A DNA stretch of 64,000 nt. Source: Paraspadella gotoi. Its lineage: Eukaryota > Animalia > Chaetognatha. Position numbers and translations under genes: made by a program. The stretch spans positions 2,973,256-3,037,255 of the forward strand of contig CM119265.1 of NCBI GenBank assembly GCA_051294375.1. Direction: 5' to 3'. Positions 50,110 through 62,100 of the stretch are shown piece after piece. The stretch's first letter is position 1. Every line of letters begins with the position of its first letter. The notes below the pieces were generated by a model. It searched no databases and had not been told where the DNA came from. It was given only the letters and a program-made list of their open reading frames with translations.

Positions 50110-53100
50110 AACACCAAAGAAAGAAAGAAAAGAAAAAACAACTTAATGAATAAATTCAAACGTAAAATGAAAGTCCTGATTAACTCAGCATGTAAAATCG
50201 TATAACATGAAAAGCAGGCAAGGATACTAAACTCATTAGCGTATCTTCTATATCTTTATTAAGTGAGTGCGATATTCCTAAATCATTCAAAGGTATCAAT
50301 TATTTTCTGTTTTGAATCTGTCGAGGGCCTTTTCGAGATAAAACGATAAGGGATACCCGCGGGGGATTCTCCGATTCTTTGATATGCCACCCTGTTCAAC
50401 GCCGGGGGCGTGAGGTCGACCGTAAAGTTGCCTTCTTTTGTTCTGATAAAATTAATGTATATTACCAATTACTAATGTTATTAAGCTCCTAACCAGTCAT
50501 TTATACATGTTAATATCCTGAAAAAATATGCCTTTATTTGTTACATTTGAAACCATCAAGGATCCTTACCGCCGGGTTCGATATCTGTAATTTATATCAT
50601 AAACTTGGGTATCTGTGTGGGACCTAAAATCACAACGAATCGATTCATGGGGGACAAGAGCGACAAACGCTAGTCAGCGCGGCCCATTGGTGCGTCGGCC
50701 GCCGTGGGGCACGATGCGGCGGGGGCGTTTCGACGGAAAAGGCAAGTCATTCGCGCTACCCAACCGCAAAGGCTTGAGTCCGAACGTTTCATATGCTCGC
50801 GTGGCTCGTGTCATTACAGACTAAAATCTTGACCCTATAACAGGATTGACCTTACAAAAATTGATAATACTGAATGAAATTGGTACAACCAATATAAAAA
50901 TTCATTCCATTCATCTTACAATAAAAGAAACACTTTGACAGGCTTTGTGTAGGGATTTTAAGGCCGTACTCACCTGTTTAGACGACAATATAATAGGACA
51001 CTAAGCAGAAGTCCCTGCAGGAGACTTTCTAAGTCAAGACTAGCTCATCAGCAGTCCCGTATATTTCACTCCCGAGCAGATACCGACGGCGCCGACTGGC
51101 TTCCCTATCATGAAGTGGATATATCAGTGGAAGTATAATTGATTATAATTGACAACGAAGTTGGAAGTCACATGAACCTGAGTCAAACATGACCAGTTCG
51201 GTCATCAAAGCCTGCGATTACGAATAATTGTCCGAGCCAATTTGCTTTCCGGCTTCTCCGATTTGGGCATTAAGTTTCGTCAAGCAGCAGGCAGCTTCTG
51301 CCACCTCCGCGGCGCTGCTGACGTCGTCGTCAGCCAGCTGCTCGAAGGATCGCCGCCAGCGGGGGGCGGAGTCGACATGGCGTCGAGGCCATGCCGTTGC
51401 CCAAAACGTATGACGTCTGCTAGGCGGTTCTTGACGGTAGCGAGGCATGAAGTTCTATAGGTGTCTAAAAAAAAAATCAGGCAGAGAATAAACCATTGCG
51501 CTGTAAACAATAGAATACGTTAAATGGCTATACCGGTTGGTTTAAAGGAACTGTCTTAACCATAGTGACGGATTTCGCATATAAGAATCGTCAAGTTTTT
51601 TGATTGGAGTTGAGATATGACGTTTGTATGCATAAGGTTTAAAGTACATTCATAATTCTGTCTGATTTAAATTAATAATTTTCGTGGAGATTAAACTGAG
51701 CATTTTCGCAAGTCTGAAATGACATTTTGCATAGTTTGAAATTGACATTTTTTCTGTGCATTTTAAATAATATTCGGGGGTTAAATGACATGTTCGGCGA
51801 ATACAAAATCGATCAAACGATGAAATAAGAAAATAATTAATAATAATAAAATAATAAATAATATTCACAATACCTCCCCCCTCCTCACCTCTCATCCTAT
51901 GTTGTTCCTAATAACCTCTCTTCTCCGCCGTTCTCCTACTCTTATCTTTTCGGATCCTCCATCATCAATGCACGTTCCTCCCCGACATTTTTCACATCAC
52001 GCCACCACGTGGTTTCGCCGACGCACCGGAGTCCCTAGCCGTCTGCGCTGCCTCCTCGCTTTCCTCCCACTTGCGCCGTCCAGGAACCAAAATAAGATGG
52101 CGTGACTTTTGTTTCGGCAGCTTCCAGCCGAGGTCGAGAGATACGGATGAGAGAAGATTAGACCTGAATTCCAAGCGAGTATTTTTTGACCGTTGAAGAC
52201 GACGAGCAGAGAGAGGCAGAGAGAGAAGAGAATTGTATTTGCAAAGAAAAAGCAGAGAGAGAAAGTTTGATGTTATGTTTTTATGTAGATTTATTGATTT
52301 TTTGGGCTTTTTTTTAGCTTATTCTGATGGAATCGAAAAATCGATAATCGACGAGAGTCCTTTACCGTCTCAGCAGCATTATCTTATCCCGTCCTACGGA
52401 TCTTCTTCTCTGCTCTCTCCTCTCACGACGTTCGCAGTATTCGACTTCGTCCAGTTCTTGAGCCTCACCAAGCGCTTTCTCCGCCTCACGCGCGGACGGG
52501 GCAGAATCCGCCACCGATCTAGAAGTCAGAGAGGAGAGGCCAGACGTAGGAGGCGGAACTGAGTCAGCGCCGCGTCGCCGGCAGAGACAGTGGGCGACGG
52601 AGAATTGACGAGTACAAGAGACGCGGTGGCGCTCATTGCGTGGAAGAGAAAGCGCCGGTCTGAAAACCCGGTAGGGCGGCCCATGTGAAGACCTGTTATC
52701 CCTTCGTCGCAGCCTTTTTTTTGATGCCTTTTTTTTTGTTTTTTTTCGTATTTTTTTTTTAAAGTGAGGAGAAAGGAAATAGGGGAAGTAGGCGGAAGGG
52801 ATTATCGCGGTTTGTTGATTTCCCAAAACTGGATCCCCCGTTTTAGAAGGATATAATTAGGAGATAGGTTGAGGTTAAATATTAGGGTAAGAGTTAAAGA
52901 TTATGCTAAGGTTAGGGGGTTAGGGATTGTGGTTTTGTTTTCGGTAATTTATTATAATTAAATATTAGGGTTAAAATTAAGATCAGGGATTAAAGAACAG
53001 AAATGTGGCGTTTTAGGAATAGATAGCCGGATTATTTTATTTTCGGTCGGTTAGTCGTTCCGTCCCACTAACGTTTAAATGCGNNNNNNNNNNNNNNNNN

Positions 53101-56100
53101 NNNNNNNNGCTGGCGCACAGGGCTTTAGACCTACAGTGACCACCCCATGTAACTGGCGTTTTTTATGCCGAACCATCACATTTAACCAGCGTGACCGTGA
53201 AGGGATTAAACCGGAACTCACGGTTGGTGAAGGAGCACTTAGTCACTAAGTCCAAGCCAATGGGATGAAGCTGCGTTTCACTAAGCTATACGGGAGGCGA
53301 ATTTAGGATTTGCACCTATTTTTCCTGCATCCCTGCCTTCTATTTTTCCTGCCTGCCACCTTCCCTGCCTTCCCTCCTATATCACCACTTCCCGCTTCCA
53401 ATGTCATCCAATGTCACAAACGTTCCCCTTGTCATCCAAAGGTCTAGCGGTCGAAGGCCGATACGTCTTTGCCGACGGATTAGCAATGGACGACAAAGTC
53501 CGGCCCTATTGCTTGCAGCAGATGGACAGACGTTTCACACAGAGAGGGAGGACGGATTGAAACCGGCAGGAAGACTTTCTCTGACTGTTATCTCTCTCTC
53601 TCTCTCTCTTCTCTTCCTCCCTCACCCCATTTCCATTGCATCTCATCCATCAGGTCGATGTCAACTGACGAACAAAGACCCTCCCTCCCTCATCCCGCCG
53701 GCCACTATGATCCCGGGAACGGGTTCTTCGATCCGCGGACCAAGTTGATCGTCGACCCGGAGAAGCTACTCTTCAAGGAACACCCCAAGCCGGAGACGCA
53801 GAATTGGATCGCCAGGAATTGTCGGAAGGGTCGGTTAAGTTTTGTGGGGGGGTTAGTGGTGCGGATTAGGTGTCAAGGAAGTTTGGTTTTTTATTTATAT
53901 AATTATATATATTACTTTGTTTCTTTTTTGTTTATGTATTGTTTTATTTATTTATATATATTTATATTCGGCTCATGACTTTGGACCCTTGACGGTGGAC
54001 TCCTCTATCCCTCTTTACGAGGTAATAACATAGCTAGCTTAACATAGCAAGCTTTCTATCTAGACTCTCTCACAGTCCAAGCATATAAACTCCAGACTCG
54101 TTGGCCTGCCTGTAGTCGGGCATTGTATAAGTTCACCCTGCCTATAAGATTGACAACTTTAGTCGTGACCCGGTGGCTCAAGGAGTAAAGCCATCAGCTC
54201 ATGACCACTAGGTACCTGGTTCAATCCCAACCGGTCTCTACCCTGTGGGAAGTGTAAAAACCGCCTTAGGGCCCTGGAAAACCCTCAAGCCTGTTTTCAA
54301 ACCCAGGAAGCGTTCCCCCTTCCCCCGCCCGCCCCTGCTAACTCTATTCTCCTTCCCCCCTCCCTCTCCTTTTTCCTTCTTCCCCCTCCCTTCCCGCCCG
54401 CCCCTCTCCCGCCCCTAATTCTATTCTCTTTCCTTCTTCCCCCTCCCCCCGCCCGCCCCTGCGAATTTTATTCTCCTTCCTCCTCTCCTCCTTTCTCCTC
54501 CCCCCCTTACTCTCCCTCCTCCCCCCTTCCCCGCCCCCTCTACTCCCTTTTCCCCCGCCGTGAATTATTCTCTTTCCTCCTCTCCTTTTTCCTTCTTCCC
54601 CCTCCCCCCCCCCGAAAATGGTTGGGACGAGGAGGTAGGTTTCGTCCGCACCGACTATTCCCGTCTCACCCCAGCGATCGAAGCGCCTTCGTCGGCCCGG
54701 AAAAAAACTTGGAGGAAGTCGAGCTGCCGCCGGGTTCATTCCCGGCGGGAAGAAGTATAGAAGGTTCGGGAATGACTCATCGGTTGATGAATGCAGGAAT
54801 GAATGAATGAATGAATGAATGAATGATGAATATATATCATCAATCATTCAATAACTAGATTCGCCAACACAACAATTACACAATGGTTATTTGAGTCACT
54901 AAACATATTATTTGCAAGGTAGATCATCATTAATTTATCACATATTTAACCGTAAACTAATGATAATCGGCAACAAGTCCATCGGTCAAACAATTATAAC
55001 CAATTAGATAAAGGCATTAACGATATATATCAATCCATGACCCTATTCTTTCCAGAAAGAACCGATAGGTTTCGCCATCATGCACCGTTTCCTCATCATT
55101 TCTCCTCATCCTCCTCCCCCTCTCCCGGAGATCCAGGCTCGAGTCCAGGGTTTAGGTTTTTCATTCACGCTTTTTCCTCTCTTTCTCTCTCACCATCCCT
55201 CTCCCGTTCAGTCTCTGTTACCATTTTTTTTACCGCCGATTTAGCCGCTTACATTATATTTTCCTTTCCCACCATTTTCCCCCGTCTTTACTTACCTAGA
55301 TTTCAGTCAGACTTACCCGACCTTAGTTAGAGTGGCGCCCATGACGTCGCTCGAACCCCTTAACCACGAAAAACCCCGCTTTGAGTCCTGTGCTCGTTAC
55401 CCACTTTAAAACAAAAACAAGAAAATAACCTTGGCCTAGAGACCCAAAAAAAAAACAATTAAACAATTCCCTGACCCCGTCTTTTTCTCTCACCTACTTT
55501 TTCTCGCATCCTGGCCGAATTTTTTTTCGCCGCATCCTTGGACTAAATTTTTTTTCTGCGCCCTGGATTACTTTTTCTCCGCCCTTGGACTAATTTTGTG
55601 ATCACCGAAATTTTTTTCGTCTTCATCGACAATCCTTTTCACTCTCATCTCTCTCTTTGACCTACTGTTTGTTCACCTTTCCCTATAAACTTTCCTGTCG
55701 TTTCACCAAAATAAAAAGAACCCTGTGAAATTAACGTGACATTATCATAAACATTCTAAAGAAAATCTTTTTCTGTCTAAGTAAACAAAAAAAACAAAAA
55801 AAAAAGAGAACAAAACAAATAAACATTTCAAACTTTAAAAATAAAACTAAGACTTAACTAAGACTCCCCGCCCCCCTCACTAAAAGCAACTGCTCCGACG
55901 GCGATAAGTTTCTTCTTTCCACTTTTCGGTTCCCCTTTATCTCGGAAGAAATCATAAATTGCTGAGGAATTCTGACACCGACCTTGTTTTGAAAAAAGAG
56001 AAAAGAAAAGATCAATTTGTCACGAAAGAAACTTAAGAACAATAAAACAAAAACTTTAAAAAAAATCAAACCCTAACAAGTTTAATAACATTGAAAACAA

Positions 56101-59100
56101 AAAAAATAAGAGAAAGAAGACAAACCTTTTTGTTTAACTAAATATTAACTTTGAGAGATTCCATCGTACTTTTTCTCAAATCCTTCGTCATTCCAATATC
56201 TTTCTTTCAATTTCTCTCTCCCTGAATTTATGACTCAATTCTTTTCGCTCATCTCTCCGATGGAGAGGATTAATCGCTTGCGCCTTGCTCGAGTTTTCGC
56301 TCACTGGCTAACGAACGCCCCGACCGCACCTGCCGACGAGGACACCTCCGCCCAAGACGCCGCCCTCTCCTATCAACGGGACCCGGATTACCTCCCCACC
56401 GGCGTTGACTACAAAATAACCACTACGACCGAGGTCCGATACGACGGGTCCAGCGAAACTGTCTACTCCTTTCACAATAGGGGTGGTCAGGTGAGGGTCG
56501 CGATAAACAGTGAGGAGAGCACCCCTAACCCTCTTCTCCCCCCTGATTTCCCCAAAATTGCCCTTGTTCGCCCGACAACCTCGCCCCTAAGTTCCCGCCG
56601 AATCTGTTTACAGTAACACTTGTTACGTGTCTTTTTTCAAAAACGAAGGCCCCATTCATAATTTTTTGTCGTTGTTGCCCCATTGAGCACCCCAAAACTC
56701 CCGTTCGTTAACTCTGACATTCTAAAACAAAAAAAACAAAAAAAAAAAACTCGAGCCCCTCTCCCAAACAGAATATTTCTGAAATAAGAGTTAAAAACTA
56801 ATGAAAAGAATTTAAAAAAACAAAAAAAAGAGGATAATAAAAAAAAAAACGCGACCAATCCTACTAAACTCGAATACTAACTTTTAACTAATGTAGAATA
56901 ATTTGGAGACTAACTGATTTAATTAATTAATTAGTCTATTAATTAATTAATTAATGAACTGATTAAGGACTGCCTTCAATAAACTTTTTCTTCTCTGATT
57001 CGACGAACCTTGAAAATCTCTTCTCTCTTTCCCTCCTTCTTTTTCACCCAATCAATCAATTGACCAGCCATGCCCTATGACCTAGTAGATGCGCTGAACA
57101 ATTTCTTTAAACGAGTATCCAACCTAAGATCTATTAGCTTTCTTACTTCCGCGATCCTTCCCATTAATCAAACACCCTGACCCTGAAACGGAACCGCTCG
57201 TTGTCTCATCCCCCGGGCAATCACCTAAAAACCCACCCACCCCTTTCTTCCCTAACCACGTTTATCAAACCCCTAAGCGACAACAAATCACAATCACCGC
57301 CAGATCACTGACCTTCCTCAGAGACCCACTAAATCAAATCCTTTCCTTCTGTCCTTCAACTTCAACTCTAAAGAATCTAAAGCTAAAACTTGGCAGGAGA
57401 AAGTAAAACGTAAAACTTGATAGGAGAAAGTAAAACTAAATCTCGGCAGGAGAAAGAAATTTAAAAAGTAACAAAAACGATAGAAATTCAAATTTTAAAA
57501 ATCCGTCAGAAAAGTAATACTTTTTTTCCAAATCGAAATCATCCCTAAACTCGATCGCGATTTTATTCCTCAAACAAAAAAATATAAAAAAAAAAACTTG
57601 ACCTTAAATTTGTCCTCAAATCAAAACAAATCGAGAGAAATTCTTTTCTCCGCTTCCCCATTCCTTTTTTTTTGTCTGAACAAAGATTTAAGACATGTTC
57701 TTAGAACATTGAAAGTAAAGATTTCCCGGCTACTCCCATCCAATCCGCCACTTACACCCACCCCGAAACACCAGCCCCTCCTTCCGCCCAACACGATAGC
57801 GTCGTTGGCGAGGACAAATGATATTTATGAATATGTTTAAAGCAACGGCGACTAGATAGAAAAAAATCGGCTCTGCCGCCACCTGTTTGTCAGAGTGGAA
57901 TTCCTCTTCCCCACCCCCATTCAAAAAAAACTTATAACAAAAAAAATAAAAAGAAAAGAGAAAGTTTTTTTTCTCTTCCCTCTCGTCTTTTCCCCTTCTC
58001 ACTAAATTGAAACAAAATCGTTTCCTTTGCAAATTAAAATATAAAAAAATTATTAAAAGAAAACTCGAACTTAAGTCTTTGATTAATTTTGAAAACTGTA
58101 AAAACTAAGTTTAACTTTCCCTACCATCGATCCCCCACCTCCACTCTCACCCTCAGCCCGCCTCCCTTCCCGCCCTGTCCCACGAATCCCTCTGTTGATC
58201 AAAGCCGCGAAAGATACCTTTCTTTCTCTCTTATAGAAAGGTAAAACCTTTCCCCTTTTCCTAGCAAAAAAAACAAAAAACAAAAAAAAAAATAGAAAAG
58301 AAAAAAGAACCTAAATACTGAAACTTTAGCTAACTACGAAAACCAAAATTACGAGATAGAAAATTTTCTTGATATTTTCGTTTCTTTTTTTTTCGCCCCC
58401 CCCTAATAAAAAAAAAAAGAGAAAAAAGGATTAGTGAACCAATAGCTTCAAAAGTATAAAAACAAGAAACTAATAAAAGAAAACTAAACAAATAATTGAT
58501 TACAACAATAGACCAAACATTTAAAATTAAGTTTAAAAACCTTTTCCGTCGACAACCCCTCCGCCCCGGCGCCCCACTCCCCCTATACTCCCCGCGGCCC
58601 CAAAGACGAGTGATAAAAATGAGTGAACTAAGCCGTTCAACCGCGAGATCGACGACGATCCCGGAGGCAGAGAAAGAAGGCGAGGAGACAGGCGCCCGCC
58701 CGCGCGCGCGTTCAAGGTCGAGGTCATTAGATTATAGTAGATCTACAATGCGCAGAGCGAGATCAAAGTCAAGAGATGATGCTCAGGATCGAAACCCGAC
58801 TCATAGCCAAAGTCAAAATCACCCACCTCCCGAATCCTGGGCCTCCCTCCCCCAATTTCAAGCGCGTAGGGATACTCCACCCCCGATAGACTCAGACTCT
58901 AGTGACGACGACGACGACGCCGTCAGCCTAGCAGGCCTGAAACAGATAGAAGTGTCGGGAGATGCCTCACACCCCGGGCATCGCACATTGCAATACTATG
59001 ATACTTTATTTGTGACAGGGAATGTGGCCAGCGCAGCAAGCGGGGAAGGTAAGCAGCTTGGAAGCAGTGAAAGAAAGAAAGTATTTTAGAGATAATAACT

Positions 59101-62100
59101 GTACTGGTGACTATAACAATTTCGGGGCCTTGAAAACCCTCAAGCCTGGTTCCAAGCCTCCAGGACCCATTCCATAGCTGCTAGAGAGGGTTAAAGAAAT
59201 TGCGGATATTACTTTTCAGCCCACTCATCCACAACCCCCTTTCCCTCCCGCATCCACAAAACCACAACCTTTCCTCCACTCGCCCACGAACTGTCCTCCA
59301 TTTCGAAAGGTGATCTTTCCGCTTCCGTGGAACATCCCGTCGCGGAATTCCCCGTCGTAGACGCTGCCGGTGGGGAACGCGTAGACGCCTTAACAGCGAG
59401 GGGTCATCGTCATAATCATAGTTGTCGTCATCATCGTCGTCATCATCATCATCAAATCCGATATTCCCCCAGCTTCCCTTTCCCTTCCTCTTGTTGTCAC
59501 CTTTCCCATGCATCCGTCTGTCCTTCATGCTCCCCTTGTACTTGCTTCCCGACAAATCCATTTTCTCCACGGATCGACGGATTGATGAATCGACGGACCG
59601 AAAGAATCCAATCTCACTCTACGAAATTTTCCCGCGCGATTTCGAACGCGGGAAAAAAAGGCGCGAAAAAGAGAAAAAAAATGTCGATTTCGTTAGTTTT
59701 TTTTTTTCTAATACAAAAATTCTAAGATGAGATTTTATGAAATAAAGCTCGATATGTCTACGATTTTCTTTTGAGTGAAGAAATGAGACAAGACAAGACA
59801 AAAAATGATACAAAAATTATTTAAAAAAAATTATAACAATTATAATTTTTTATAAAAGTACTATAGAAGACGAAATTAGCGTATGAAAAAGTTTACCAAA
59901 AAAAATATTATAAACATCATCGTATACCCCTAAATGTTGACCTATAAAATTTAAAAATTCTTTAATGTTTCAACTTATTCGTCTGTCTTTAAGATCTACA
60001 TATATAAGAATCCAATGAAAAATAATAGACTTAGAAAATGAAGTATATAGTACCGTACTGTATATTGTAAACTGTATACTGTATAAGTGTATATTGTATA
60101 TTGTATAATTCCGGATTAAAGGTCAACCGGGCCGGTCCTCCTTGACCGCTAGATGGCCACCAGGCTGGAACTGCAAACTAATATTCCATATTATATAATA
60201 ATACAAAACTACTTAGTACTTATGCAAACAACATCATTACTAATATCTTGCATCTCAATCCTACTCCCGTTCTAAAAACAGGCGAGCCGTCGCCAGGTGA
60301 AGCGCCTGTTGGCCGAAACCAAATCCAAAGATCGAATTATCTCTCGGATGCAGAAAGATTTAGGCGCCAAAATGGGAGAGACGATACAAGCTGAGTTGGA
60401 GAAGGTTAGTAGAGGGAGGGAAAGATTTAGATTTACAATGCAAATTTCAACCTCAGACTAAGTTATGACAATAATTTGTGCGCATACTCTTGAGTCTTGA
60501 GTCTTGAAACGTTCATGAGGTCATGCCTCAGATTTCTAAATCCTTTCCAGGAAGCCGCTGAGCGTCTGCTCGAAATATCAACAGACGGCGTCGCCTCGTC
60601 CGCCCGACCAACGCCGCCGACGACGCCGCCGACTCGCGACTATGAAGCCGGATCGAACTCCAAAACGCCGGCGCCGCGACGATCTGAAAAGACGCCGTTA
60701 TTTTCTCACAACGTTCCCAAACCGGCGTCGTTGTCTTCGTCTTCTTGGACGCCGAGACGAACGACTCCGTTGAAGGCGACGCCGCTGTCTTCGTCGACGC
60801 CGAAGACGACGACGACGAATCCGAATCGGAGATCCTGGCCGCGAGCGAATCCCAACCCTGTCTTCAAGGGACAGAGTCGTTCCGTTACGAGGGAGAGCTC
60901 CTTCAGCAGCGAGAAGTCGACGCCTACGAGAGAGACGACGCCGCGGGGGAAGACGACAACAACAACGACGAACGGGGTAGAAATTGGTTCTGGGGGGAAG
61001 GGAATCGAAGTACTTTATTATTTATTAGTATTTATTATTTATTATTAATATTGGTTCCCAGGCATTTCGTGAACGAAAATAATTTTAAATAATCTTTTTT
61101 TTTTTAAATTAAAAAATATGCTTTCACTTCATCAAAGCAAAATCTGAAAATTCGGTTCAAAAATTTTGGTCTAATTTTTTATACGCAATATAAACAAATA
61201 TGTCGTCATCTACCGGATGAGAGCTTTAATCTGAACCCACTCTCTACGCTAATGAAAATTAGTGACAATAAAACTCAATTTATTGCAAGAATAAAATATT
61301 ATCTTATATTTTAAAAAATTTACTGTTCATGTTCACTGTATAGTGATTTTTTTTCTATATTTCACATGTCAGTTTATACTTATAGAAACTCATTATCGCC
61401 TTCAGAAGCAGCGGTTGACCAAAGCCGCCTCAGCAGACGCGGCAGCGACAGCGGGGACGCCGCGGCGTTCCTCTTCGGCGACGAGAGCTTCCGCGCCGGT
61501 TTTGCGAACGGCGGCGCGGTCGGCGTCGCGGGAGAAAAACAGAAGAGCAGCGGAGGAAAACGGCGCCGGGAAAAAAGAGGGAAAAGAAAAAAGAAAAAGC
61601 GTCGACGACGACGACGACAACAACAACGACAAAAGCGTCGGTACTTCGTCGGCCAAATCGACCGACAAAATGGACGTCCTCGAGGCGATGGGCGTCAAGA
61701 TGACCGACGCTCGATCCCCGTCGGTCGAGGAGGCGACGGTGATGCCGACGGATGCAGCCGTCGCTGCAGCGCCGCCATCGGTTGGAGCGACAGCAGCGGC
61801 GGCGGCGGCAGCGCGGGAAGATGATTTATTAAGGAGTCGATTGAAAGAGGCGGAGATCGAGGTAAATATGATAGTGATGATGATAACGATGATTGACAAT
61901 GATACGGAATTTTTTTTTTTAAGCTTCAGATCACTTTGGTCTCGTTTTGTTTTTCTGTTTTTGTCAGTGATATTTATTTTTTTGTTAAATATTTATAAAA
62001 AATTTCAGCATTTAGCTCAAAATTGCATTCATGTTTCAACATACTCGTAAAGATTCTCCCTCTATTCCTCATGAGGACAACACAAATGGAATATCGCTTA

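Noticed and set aside
54166-54240. Functional tRNA-Met (CAT)
   Set aside because: The anticodon stem cannot pair; treated as a SINE head or pseudogene.
59124-59170. cctggttccaagcctcagg resembling a twister P4/L4 (related motifs at ~54270 and ~62222)
   Set aside because: No UAA/P2 or GA-T1' partner found; probably a short dispersed repeat.
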